From assembly GCF_030684315.1 (NCBI RefSeq), contig NC_081358.1, positions 55,748,942 to 55,812,941 of the forward strand: a stretch of DNA of 64,000 bases. The letters are read 5' to 3'. The position numbers and the translations under genes are program-made. Shown here piece after piece: positions 36,951-49,062 of this stretch; position 1 is the stretch's first letter; every line of letters begins with the position of its first letter. The notes below the pieces were generated by a model, which saw only the letters and a list, made by a program, of their open reading frames with translations, did not search any database and had not been told where the DNA came from. This stretch comes from Stegostoma tigrinum (lineage: Eukaryota).

Positions 36951-36982
36951 CTCTGATGAAGGGTCTAGGCCCAAAACGTCAG
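36951..36982 (+). ncRNA. Minimal hammerhead-like motif of family A (G12 mutated to A)
   Basis: ct-CTGATGA-a-GGGTCTAGGCCC-AAAA-CGTC-ag; sibling copies have GAAA here. Confidence 0.7.
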
Positions 36983-39900
36983 CTTTTGTGCTCCTGAGAT
37001 GCTGCTGGGCCTGCTGTGTTCATCCAGCCTCACATTTTATTATCTATGATAAAAGTGATACATAGCTTTTAATGTTAAAGGCAACTAAGTTAATTTGCAA
37101 ATCGTGGATGATTCCAGTGACCTTACTGGGAAACTTATTTCTTTCATTCTCCATGCAATCGTTGCTGAGGTTTGAGTAGTTGTCATGAGTGAAGTAGGTT
37201 GAAATGACATTGTATGATAGCATAATTTTTATAATTGAATCAGCTCTTGATTGATCCAAGTTCTCTAACCAACTGCATGAAAGACTACAGTCAGCCCATT
37301 CCAATGTCTTATGCTAAAACAAAGATACAAAGTGAGACAGGGATAATGAGAAGATTTGAAAGAGGCTCCGATGGGCTGCTTAAATTGTGAGCAAGTCTAC
37401 TGAATAAAGAATGACATAATTTCTCACCTCCTTTCATCCAAAAGGCATTCATTCGCAGAATGATTCTACATCTGACACCTACTAATAATCAGGCAGCTTT
37501 CTGTTCCTGAGTAACATTATATTCAAAACAGAGTGCAATTTCTGGTACCAATACCATTTGTTTTTTGTCTTTTGTCCGCAGACTACTTTTAGTGTTCTTG
37601 GAGCTCGAAAATAGTGTTTGTAGCATGTGTGCATACTTGTCTGCAGCAATATGACATTGATGCAGATAGTACAATGCATGCAGTTAATGCCCATCAGCGA
37701 TGTGCAGACCACATAGATCATATCATCTGACTTAATACCAGTGTTAGATTTTGGAGCTCAACATTCTAATTGAGAGCCACTCTTAACCTTGTTTAGTTGC
37801 ACATGCTCTAAGCAGCAGGAGGACTCCTCTCCAGTGTTGTTTAAAGAGATTGTCAACTAAATACAGCAAGTCGTTGGTCAATTTCTCCTGGCTGCTGATA
37901 GAACTGTCCTCATATCTTGCACAGACACAGCTATCTCGTGTAGGGTCTAAGATCTCTCTCTTGACATATTCATTTAGATTGGTGTTTTCTTTATCATTGA
38001 TGTCAGAGTCCTGTGATCAATTATTTCACCATGATTTACATGAGCCTCATTATATCTTAAGGATTTCCTCTCCTAAATAACTTCAACAAATCATGGGGGT
38101 ATTTATGTTAATTGGTAACAGTTTTCATGTTCACCATTACAGAGACAGCTTTATGCTCCAGATTTATTGCTTGAATTTAAATTCTATCATTTGCCAAAGA
38201 TGGATTTGAACCCGTGTCCTAAGACCATTATTGCGTATCTTTGGATTAATGGTCCAATGACATTACCAATGTCTTCCCTATATACTAGCAATATATTGCC
38301 ATGTGAAAACTATTCTTGATCAGTACCTGAGTGCTAACTGTGAAACTTCATGTTTGAATAGCTTTAAATTATGGCAAGCACTGTACAATTGCATTCTGAA
38401 ACCAAATTTCTAACTAAAAATGTTTTCTTAGCACAGCTGCCACTTAGTATCTATGTTCGTCCTTTATCCCCCCTCAAGAAAACTTAAAAAATATCCCCTT
38501 TTATATATACCTTAACTATTTTTCCTTTAATCCAGTGAAGATCTTATCAGATAAATGGGGAATTCATATTTTATCAGACATGGAGTGGCTTCCCCTTCAT
38601 TAAGCTGAGTGATCATCAACTCTCATTTATTCTGCTTTGGAGAAAGTGACAGCCAGCCTGGAAAAGGCTTTTTCCTCCGATTAACTGAATGTGCCCTGCA
38701 ATATAATCTTGCCTATTTGTTCTGCGGCAATTACTGACAACTGAGATGACTTCCACCATGCACAAGATAATTTAAGCCAGCTAGTACTGTTTCATATATA
38801 CTTTCCCAGGGCAGGAAAGAGCTGCTGCAAATTGCAGTATAATTCAATAAAGGAAAAGTGATCTGCTAGGTTTGCAAAACAATGTTGCTTAATTTCCCAA
38901 GAAAGTACAGCTTTGTTTTTTGTTTCAAGAAGGTGAATAACTTTATAAACATTCCCATTTGTGTTTCATTTGTGTGCCTGAGCTTTTGCTGAGCCAACGA
39001 AAACAGTTGAGGGTAATTAGAGTTTCCTGTGCAAGTGACTCAATGAGTGTTTGGGGTCAGTTAGCTCCCATGATGCCAACAGCAACCTATTTGCACAGCG
39101 ACAAACAAACAAACAAACAGTCTGTGGAGACAAGTAGTACACTTAGATCACTGTGTGCAAATAACGCTGGCACACAATAAAATTGCAGACAGCTCATAGA
39201 ATGGGTGCTAGTTTCACACTAAAGTGATTGCTGTACATAGCCAGAGCTATCCATGCTGGGTCATATGCAAGTTTTAATGGTTTTGTTCTGTCTCAACTGG
39301 AACAATTACACTCCAGGCCAAATGACAATGGCAGGTCATAGTACACAGATGCATCTCTCCAAACATCCACCTTTCCAAAGTGTCTGCTATAAATGGTATG
39401 TTTGTAATTATTCATGGCAGATCTCTGGAATATGCTATTCTTGGAGTGGTATTTCTGCTATGGAATGTCATTCAAATTGTGCAAATACATTGGGTGCAAA
39501 TGCAACTTGTTGTTCCATATTTTATCTGGCAAGATAACTTCATTGCTGCCATCATAATGTGTCAGCAGTGGTGTTATCATCGCTAGTCGTTTGATGCAAG
39601 TAAAAATGCCTCTTTTTCTGTATCTCAGTGCCACTAAACATCTTGTGACCTGGTGTGAAAGTTTACACAAATTAGCAAGAACTTTACTGGGTAGTTTGAA
39701 AATCCAAATATCATTACGTTGCTTTTATATCTGCTTTTTGCTGCATCTCTGCGACAAATCTCACCTTGTCAAGATGAGAGCACACTCTTATATATTGGCT
39801 TCAATCATTTTCAGTTGCATCTATATCTTCAAGTTTTACTTTGTGTTTGTTACGTGAGCTATTTCTAGTAGCCTCACTAGATTCTGATCGTGGTTCTGCG

Positions 39901-41269
39901 ATGGTTTCTTCCATCATATCTTCAGATCCATACAGTAGTAGTTCCTCCATGATCATGCCCACTCTAGGAGGATCACTAAAGATGTTGTTTTGCCTGGGGT
40001 AGTGAGAATGCCAAATGACAAGCTACCATCTGGACTCCAACTTCATTTGCCAGTATCCATCCACCATAGTCAGTGTCTAACAGAAGACTGAACTAAGAAG
40101 ACTACCGAGGCTCAGTAAGATCTCTCAGAGAATGGGAAAAATACTATTATTATCACTTTTTAGTTCTCAGGCCCAGGCTTTATTTGGGAAAGTCATAGAA
40201 AAGGATGGAGACTGCTTATTAGAGAATCACAGGTGAGAAATCATAGTGGGAAACTCAATAAGCAGTACAAAGAAATGACAGTGGCATATTACATAATTTA
40301 AAAGCCTTTAAAAAACAAAGAAAACAAGGAAGCACTCAGTTATAAGATGTAAAACTTTCAAGGCACAAGTGACAAGCCAATGTAAACAACCGACCAGATA
40401 GCACATATGAGGAGTCAGTGTCAGTGCTATGGAAGAAGGAAGTCTCATAGGCATTAACAGAGCCCAGCTATTAAAAAATAATGTAAGAGCTGTAAAATGA
40501 CAAGACACTTCAGGAAGATATGTAAAAGTAGGATGTAGTTACAGAGTAACAAGAAGCCAAAATGGCTACAAAAATGTTAATTGTTGCCCTTTCATTAGCA
40601 AAATGTCTATTCTTTGATATCCAATGCATTCCAAGGTGAATATCACAAAGAACTGTAGATGCTGGAGATCTGAAATACGCAAATACATAAACAGTGGAGG
40701 ATTGGTGAACAAGCACAACACTACTGATATGACACCCGAGTTTATGGCCATTCCCAACCTCATCCTCCTCATCCCCATCCTGCTGGGGGCTTTAAAATTC
40801 TGAGACCTTTTAACCTGTGACCTTTTGTTGCAGGGGAACATGACCCACAACAATAAGCAGCAGTACCATAATACGTCCAGATCCTCAGAGAAGTGATCAT
40901 TCTGGCAGTAATGGGAAAGCCCTGACAAGCAATGATGGAAGACACAATAAGCAGGATTTCTACATTTGTAGCATACCTTTATTTTAATCTCTTCCTCACC
41001 GTACATAGCTTGCATGTCGGGGATGATTCCACGAAACAGCCTATCCTCTCTGCTCTTTCTCACACCAATTTGCATTCTCCAATGGCCATATAAGGCCAGA
41101 ATAATGAGTATCTACGCAGCCTGACAGTCAAACAGAAACAAGTCAAATACACAGGCATGTAAGCACAAAAACACAGATTATAAAACTTAGATAGTGCGTT
41201 CAGCTTAACAAATCTATTTTGCCACTTACTCTCCACAGATACAAATAACTTTAAGCACATTTATTTGAA

Positions 41270-41535
41270 CATGGTGGCTCAGTAATTAGTGCACATTATC
41301 CCTTTGTCTCTGTCTGTTGCTTGGTTTCCTCCCACACTCCAAGGATGCACAGGTTAGATGGATTGGCCATGCTAAATTTCCCATTGTGTCCAGGGATGCC
41401 TGAGGTAGGTGGATTAGCCATGAGAAATGGAGGGTTACAGGGTTGAGGTGGGTCTGGGTGTTGCCCTTTGGAAGGTTGGAATGGACTTGATGGGCCAAAT
41501 GGTCTGCTTCCATACTTTAGAGATTGTATGATCTA
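41270..41535 (+). mobile_element. V-SINE/HE1-like SINE, internally deleted
   Basis: atggtggctcagtaattag head, ggtttcctcccacactccaaggatg..ggattggccatgctaaatt core, gatgggccaaatggtctgcttcc tail. Confidence 0.85.
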
Positions 41536-41599
41536 CCCCGTTCCCACAGAACATTTTCTGGTGACACTTGAAAAACATTTATAAAATACACACACTATC

Positions 41600-41805
41600 A
41601 CAACAAGAAGCTGCATTTATGTACAATCTTTAAGATAGAAAAGTATTCCAATGTGTACTGATGCAATGGGATGATAGGCCAAAGGACTGGAATTTGATAG
41701 TGTTGCTTGAGGGAAGAATGTTGGCCAGTAAGTGGATCATATACATTCACCTAAGCAGGAAGCAAGTTTCAACAGATAATTCAATAATGCAGCAGTCTTT
41801 AGAAA
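41600..41805 (-). mobile_element. DeuSINE-like relic
   Basis: Plus strand gcatttatgtacaatcttt (L2-type tail, reversed) and ttgagggaagaatgttggccag..ggatcatatacattcacctaagcag resemble the reversed Deu domain. Confidence 0.45.
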
Positions 41806-42448
41806 GACATATAACTTAATGGGCTGAAATTCATTTTGGTCAATATCACAAAATGACTGTCAATGAATCAATAACCTACCCGAATAGCATCATAATCATG
41901 GGAAGGATATTTAAGTGGCTTTGCTATTGCTATTTTCAACTGACTGTCAAAGAAAAAAAATTATCACTCCTGTACCAAATGCAGCTCCATATATACACAA
42001 GTTGCATAAGGTAATGACTCTGAAAGCATTAATGCTGAAAACTATATGAAGCTTCACCCAACTCCTGGGATACAGCGGTAAATGTTGTGAATAAAAGGAC
42101 AAGTTTTGGCTATTGATATTACTCTTTTGTTGAGTGAATTTCTCCCTTGTTTCTTCAAATAGATGCATTTGGGACAGGACAGACTTGGAATTTTGAATGG
42201 AAAAATTGCCAACAGTTAAGTGGTTAATTTTGAAGAAGTCTACCACCTGTTAAATCTGTTCAGACGGTAATTGAACACATTGACAATGTTTACCTGACTG
42301 TTGCAACTTTGATTTTTATCCTGCAATAAGCTACGTCTTGTTTAAGACTCTTTTCTTGTTTGAGAAATGGTCTCTTCTGAGACCATTTAAATCTCAGTCA
42401 AAAGTTCAGGCTAGTAATAACTACCTATCCAACCACATGTTGGCAGTG

Positions 42449-45302
42449 ATAACAAAGTGTGGAGCTGGATGAACACAGCAGGCCAAGCAGCATCTCAGGA
42501 GCACAAAAGCTGACGTTTCGGGCCTAGACCCATCAGAGAGGGGGATGGGGTGAGGGTTCTGGAATAAATGAGGAGAGAGGGGGAGGTGGACCGAAGATGG
42601 AGAGAAAAGAAGATAGGTGGAGAGGAGAGTATAGGTGGGGAGATAGGGAGGGGATAGGTCAGTCCAGGGAAGACGGACAGGTCAAGGAGGTGGGATAAGG
42701 TTAGTAGGTAGGAAATGGAGGTGCAGCTTGGGGTGGGAAGAAGGGATGGGTGAGAGGAAGAACGGGTTAGGGAGGCAGAGACAGGCTGGGCTGGTTTTGG
42801 GATGCAGTGGGGGGAGGGGAGATTTTGAAGCTGGTGAAGTCCACATTGATACCATTGGGCTGCAGGGTTCCCAAGCGGAATATGAGTTGCTGTTCTTGCA
42901 ACCTTCGGGTGGCATCCTTGTGGCACTGCAGGAGGCCCATGATGGACATGTCGTCTAAAGAATGGGAGGGGGAGTTAAAATGGTTCGCGACTGGGAGGTG
43001 CAGTTGTTTATTGCGAACCGAGCGGAGGTGTTCTGCAAAGAGGCCCCCAAGCCTCCGCTTGGTTTCCCCAATGTAGAGGAAGCCACACCGGGTACAATGG
43101 ATACAGTATACCACATTGGCAGATGTGCAGGTGAACATCTGCTTAATATGGAAAGTCATCTTGGGGCCTGGGATGGTGGTGAGGGAGGAGGTGTGGGGGC
43201 AAGTGTAGCACTTCCTGTGGTTGCAGGGGAAGGTGGCGGGTGTGGTGGGGTTGGAGGGCAGTGTGGAGCGAACAAGGGAGTCACGGAGAGAGTGGTCTCT
43301 CTGGAAGGCAGACAAGGGTGGAGATGGAAAAATGTCTTGTGTGGTAGGGTCGGATTGTAGATGGCGGAAGTGTCGGAGGATAATGCGTTGTATCCGGAGG
43401 TTGGTGGGGTGGTGTGTGAGAATGAGGGGAGTCCTCTTTGGGCGGTTGTGGCGGGGGCAGGGTGTGAGGGATGTGTTGTGGGAAATTCGGGAGACGCAGT
43501 CAAGGGCGTTCTCGACCACTGTGGGGGGAAAGTTGCGGTCCTTGAAGAACTTGGACATCTGGGATATGCGGGAGTGGAATGCCTCATCCTGGGAGCAGAT
43601 GCGGCGGAGACGGAGGAATTAAGAATAGGGGATGGAATTTTTGCAGGAGGGTGGGTTTGAGGATGTGTATTCTAGGTAGCTGTGGGAGTTGGTAGGCTTG
43701 AAATGAACATCAGTTACAAGCTGGTTGCCTGAGATGGAGACTCAGAGGTCCAGGAAGGTGAGGAATGTGTTGGAGACGTCCCAGGTGAACTTGAGGTTGG
43801 GATGGAAGGTGTTGGTGAAGTGGATGAACTGTTTGAGCTCCTCTGGGGAGCAAGAGGCGGCGCTGATACAGTCATCAATGTAACAGAGGAAGAGGTGGTG
43901 TTTGGGGCCTGTGTAGGTGCGGAAGAAGGACTGTTCCACGTAACCTACAAAGAGGCAGGCATAGCTGGGGCCCATGCGGGTGCCCATGGCCACCCCCTTT
44001 GTCTGTAGGAAGTGGGAGGAATCGAAAGAGAAGTTGTTGAGGGTGAGGACGAGTTCGGCTAGGCGGATGTGGGTGTCGGTGGAGGGGGATTGGTCAGGCC
44101 TGCGGGACAGGAAGAAGCGGAGGGCCTTGAGGCCATCTGCATGAGCAATACAGGTGTATAGGGACTGGATGTCCATGATGAAAATGAGGTGTTGGAGGCC
44201 AGGGAATTGGAAGTCCTGGAGGAGGTGGAGGGCGTGGGTGGTGTCACGGATGTAGGTAGAGAGTTCCTGGACCAAAGGGGAGAAAATAGAGTCCAGATAG
44301 GTGGAGATGAGTTCGGTGGGCAGGAACAGGCTGAGACAATGGGTCGACCAGGGCAGGCAGGTTTGTGGATTTTGGGAAGGAGATAGAAATGGGCTGTACG
44401 GGGTTGGGGAACAATGAGGTTGGAGGCTGTGGGTGGGAGGTCCCCTGAGGTGATGAGGTCATAAATGGTGTTGGAGATGATGGTTTGGTACTCGGGGATG
44501 GGGTCATGATCAAGGGGGTGGCCGGAGGAGGTGTCGTAGAGTTGCCGTTTGGCCTCGGTGATGTAGAGGTCAGTGCGCCATACTACCAGTGCGCCACCCT
44601 TGTCTGCGGGTTTGATGGTGAGGTTGGGGTTGGAGCGGAGGGAGCGGAGGGCTGCCCGTTCTGCGGGGGAGAGGTTGGAGTGGGTGAAAGGGGTGGAGAG
44701 GTTGAGGTGGTTAATGTCTCGACGGCAGTTGGAGATGAAGAGGTCGATGGAGGGTAGTAGGCCTGGAGGTGGTGTCCACGAGGAAGACTTGTGTTGGAGG
44801 CAGGTGAAGGGGTCAGTGGAGGGAGGGTTAGGCTCCTGGTTGAAGTAGTAAGCGTGGAGGTGAAGGCGGCGGAAAAACTGCTGTATGTCCAAACGTGACT
44901 GGTATTCATTGATGTGTGGTTGTAGGGGGACAAAGGTGAGCCCCTTGCTTGGGACTGACCATTCATCCTCAGTCAGTGGGAGGTCTGCGGGGATGGTGAA
45001 GATTCGGCAGGGCTCAGTGTGGCTGTCTACTCTGGGGTTGCTGGCTGTGGAGGTTATGCGTCAGAGATAATGGGAACCGCAGATGCTGGAGAATCCGAGA
45101 TAACAAAGTGTGGAGCTGGATGAACACAACAGGCCAAGCAGCTTCTCAGGAGCACAAAAGCTGACGTTTCGGGCCTAGACCCTTCATCAGAGAGGGGGAT
45201 GGGGTCAGGGTTCTGGAATAAATAGGGAGAGATGGGGAGGTGGACCGAAGATGGAGAGAAAAGAAGATAGGTGGACCGAAGATGGAGACAAAAGAAGATA
45301 GG
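42449..45302 (-). mobile_element. Penelope-like element, family A, partial tandem: truncated upstream pLTR with tail (45061-45302), 5'-truncated ORF, 3' pLTR
   Basis: ORFs 44059-44892 (KPADKGG, PKIHK, GRPIVS), 43742-44275 (GVAMG, CYIDD) and 42767-43558 (GIY-YIG) are broken by a frameshift and stops. Candidate TSD tggcagtg at 42441-42448 and 45303-45310. Confidence 0.95.
45161..45192 (-). ncRNA. Minimal type I hammerhead ribozyme motif, core intact
   Basis: ct-CTGATGA-a-GGGTCTAGGCCC-GAAA-CGTC-ag on the minus strand; the partner motif at ~42512-42536 has a 3-nt deletion in the core. Confidence 0.78.
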
Positions 45303-45469
45303 TGGCAGTGTTTGACATTTCATGCTCGTACGACAGTCTAAAGAGTGGCAAAGAAACAGAGAAACATACTGGCACATCCAAAACATATATAAGCCATTCT
45401 TCTATTGCTTTAGCTTTACTTTGTCAACAGCAGCTTTATATACACTGAAATGCAGAAATATAGACACAC

Positions 45470-46680
45470 ACAAACATATGAATAAAGAACAAGAGTAGAT
45501 CACTTGCCCCTTGAGCCTGCTCAGCCATTCAATAAGATCATAGCTGCTCTGATTTTAACCTCAACTCTACATTCCTATATACCCCCGATAATCTTTCACC
45601 CTTTATTAAGATTAGATTCCCTACAGTGTGGAAACAGGCCCTTCGGCCTAACAAGTTCACACCGCCTCTTGAAGCATCTCACCCAGACACATCCTCCTAT
45701 GACCCACACACCCCTGAGCACGACGGGCAATTTTAGCATGGCCAATCCACCTAGCCTGCAAATCTTTGGACTGTGGGAGGAAACTGGAGCACCTGGAGGA
45801 AACCCACGCAGACATGGGGAGAATGTGCAAACTCCACACAGACAGTCACCCGAGGCTGGAATCAAATCCAGGTCCCTGGTGCTGTAGGGCTGCAGTGCTA
45901 ACCAATGAGCCACCGTGCTGCCCAAAGATTTGATCTAACTCTGCCTTAAAATAATCAAATATTTTGCATTCACTGCCTTATAAGGGCAGGAATTCTAAAG
46001 ACATGCAATCCTCTGAGAGAAAAAAATGCTGTCTCATCTCTCTTTTAAATGGATACCTCTTTTTTTTAAAGCTATGACCCTAGCTCTAGATTTTCCCACA
46101 AGACGAAACATCTTTCAACATTTACCTGGGTCAAATCCCCTCAGGATCTTACGTATCAATTAAGTCACTGCTGACTCTTGTAAATTCCAGAGGATACAGT
46201 CCCAGCCTGTCTAGCCTTTCCTTCTAAGGCAATCTGGTCTCTACAGGTATTAGTCTAGAATCTTAGCTGAACTGCTTTCAATGTATTAACATCCTTCCCT
46301 AAGTATAGTGCCCAGTACAATATACAGTACTCAAGATGCAGTCTCACCGATGCCCTGTATGACTGAAACATGAGCTCTCTACTCTTGCATTTAATTTCTT
46401 GCATAACAAACTATAGCACTATTAGCTTTCCTGATTACGTGCTGTGCCTACGTATAATCCTTTTGTGATTTATGTACTAGGAGAGCCAGACCTCTCTGCA
46501 TCCCAGGAATTTGTAACTCCTAACCACTTAGATAATATATTTCATTTTTATTTTTTCTGACAAAATGGAGAATTTCATAATTTCCTACACAGTATGCCAG
46601 ATTTTTGTCCATTCATTTAACCTGCTGATATTGCTATATATGCTGCTGTGTCTTCTTTACAACTCACTTTCCTACCTAAG
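45470..46680 (-). mobile_element. CR1-clade LINE 3' part, degenerate, interrupted by a SINE
   Basis: Reversed CR1 3' UTR (gcccttgagcctgctcagccattcaataagatcatagct) and reversed HLEYCI/LVRLH motifs near 46320-46355. Confidence 0.75.
45614..45923 (-). mobile_element. Full-length V-SINE/HE1-like SINE
   Basis: Head gggcagcacggtggctcattggttagcactgc (A box) ..gatttgattcc (B box), V-domain, tail ..ccacactgtagggaatctaatct. Short TSD aagatt at 45608-45613 and 45925-45930. Confidence 0.92.
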
Positions 46681-48349
46681 ACACAGAACCACATGTGAAA
46701 ATATATGGGAACATAGATAGGTCACCACATGGGCATACATTTAAAGTCATTTCAAGGGCAGCAGCTGGTTTCTTGTTCTGTCCTAAAGTGTGCAGAGCAT
46801 AATAAATGTGCAGTATCAGAATCTGCAGTAAGATTATCTTCTGGCTTTAGGGCAATAAGAGCTAGTAAAGTGTTCTTGGTAAATTACTGAATATTACAAC
46901 ATTGGTTCTTCAGGCACATTTCCAAAGCAGGCACATTGTCTAGAGAACTTGAAGGATGGTTTAGTGTAATTACATGGTAATATCTGTCAAGTCTTTTCTG
47001 AACAAAAGCAACCTATTCTGTTTTGTTACTAGACTTGTATACAATACTACACCAGTGCTCATCATCAGTAGAGGATATTTGAGCTGTTCTGAAAAATGTA
47101 GGGTAAAGCTTCAATTGCAAGTAATAACAATCAATGCCTTGCAGGAGCAATGCCAGAATCTGATCATTTCACTGCAATCTTTAAAAAAAAGCCCACTGAT
47201 AAAATATGAAATGATTCACATTGTCTAGGATGATGTTGTTCTGCCACCTCAAAGGAAAAAAGTAATTGTGTTATTGACTGTTATCTTTGACAAGTGATAT
47301 TACTGTATTTTAAATGCATGAACTGTGCCTTTATAGTTGGATACTGCACTTTCAAATGTAAAACAGTACGGCAGACTGGGCATTAAGAGTTGATTAAATG
47401 ATTTTGAAATTCCTCTTGTGATGCTCACCATGCTTGTAATGGCTGCTGGTGGTTCAGAGTAATTTGTGAAATCTGAAATCTGAAGTCATTTCTGCTAATC
47501 AGGTTAAGGCTGACAGAATGAATCACAATATAACATTAAGAGATAAAATACTGTCAAAACCACCCCACACTCCACCCACATTGGACATTATGAATTAAAT
47601 ATAAGAGAGTAGTAATCACCTTTGCTCTTGAGAGTATTGCCACTGGCTTTCTTAATCATGGAACTATTAACAATGTTTTATTTTTCAAGGAACAATTAGC
47701 ATATGTCCCCTATAAATAGTTCAAGTACACCAGGACCATTTCACCTCATTTCACAAATAAAAGCATTTTGATAACGTCCACACACATATAGATGAGGGAG
47801 GCAGCAGTCCTAAACTAAACAATTTAACATTTATGACATATAATTTATTTGTGATGTTTTATTAAAATCCTTAAGAGGCAATAGGACGGTAACGATATTC
47901 TCTGTCTTCAGTCATTCAATAAATGTCAATCTTCTGTTCTTATAGATCCACAAGTATTTATTTAACATCTGCTTATTCATTTAAAACTTTGACTTGCGGA
48001 AAATACACAAGAATGGAAGTTCCTTCTGTGCAGCTTTTAATATGCCTGCTGTGTTTTGTCTCATGATCTGCTCTGCCCATTTGTCAATTAACTCTAGATG
48101 TTGCAGATACTCTCTTAAGATCAGGGTGTGTATTTACTAATGCTGATTTTAGCTGGGTGGAGGGATGTGAGGTGGGGGTGTGTAGTGAATTCAGTAATTC
48201 TTATTCATGTATATATGACATGACCATACAAAACAGCAATATCTCAGGGTATGCATCTTGCATTCTCAAGGCATTTTCCAAAGATCTATTTGATATTGCT
48301 TTTCAGGGTAGCATTTTATGCCTGTAACCTACTGACAGTAAACGTGTTA

Positions 48350-49062
48350 CATTTCCTTGACTTGAATGAAAATTGAATGATGGTGTTCTGAAGTATTTGT
48401 TGCCCTTGTCCTTCTAGGTTGTTGAATCCACTGATATGGAAGGAGCCGTGGTGAGTTGCGACAGTGAATCTTGTTGGTAATATACAGTGTGTGTGGGTGG
48501 TGGAGGGAGTAAATAGTGAAGGTATTGGATGGATTGCTGGTCAGGCAGGCTGCTTTGTCCAGGAAGATATTGAATGATGTTGTAATTGCACACATTTAGG
48601 TAAGTAGAGAATATACCATTACATTTCTGACTTATGGCTTGCAGATGGTTGATTGGCACCACATCCACAAGCATCCATTCCCTTCTTCACCAACACTCAG
48701 TAGCAGCAGTGTGTACCATCAATAAGTTTCACTGCAGAAATTCAAAGATTCTTGGACAGCAGCTTTCAAATCCAATACCACTTCTGTTTAGAAGAACAGG
48801 GCTACAGATACATGGGAACACCATCATCTACAAGCATCCCTCTTAGCCATTCAACTTATTGACTGAAAGTACATCACCATTCCTTCACTGTTGCTGGGTC
48901 AAAATTCTGGAATTCCTCTTCTCAGGGCATCATGGGTCTTCCTATATCACATGGACTATAGCAGTTCAAGAAAGCAGTCCACCACCATTTTCTCAATGAC
49001 AACTAAGTACGGGCAATAAATGCTAGCTCAGCCAGTAATGCCCACATTCTATGAGTGAAAAA
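48350..49062. mobile_element. L2-clade LINE 3' fragments in inverted arrangement (minus ~48350-48640, plus ~48645-49062)
   Basis: Both parts encode IQ..AACL/IHSLLHQHSVAAVCTINKFHCRNS-like text; the plus part ends in gggcaataaatgctagctcagccagtaatgcccacattctatgagtgaaaaaa. Confidence 0.7.

Larger units (their letters stand above)
33702..37045 (+). mobile_element. Penelope-like element, family A (Neptune-like), near full length, 5'-truncated within the ORF
   Basis: Open frame from ~33702 (NQIIPKGLQ..) to 36728, pyrimidine-rich 3' UTR, hammerhead motif 36953-36980, perfect 15-bp TSD atgataaaagtgata at 33665-33679 and 37046-37060. Confidence 0.97.

Noticed and set aside
40566-41075. 169-aa Cys/His-rich minus-strand ORF
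   Set aside because: No coherent zinc-finger spacing or other motif; overlaps a short pLTR-tail-like fragment at ~40645-40680.
41821-42145. Possible Harbinger-type MITE (gggctgaaattc start; gaagcttcaccc or gaatttctccc end)
   Set aside because: Terminal matches are short and ambiguous between two candidate ends; no TSD confirmed.
45850-45923. tRNA-like sequence with A and B boxes
   Set aside because: It is the head of a V-SINE/HE1-like SINE, continuous with the SINE body, not a stand-alone tRNA gene.
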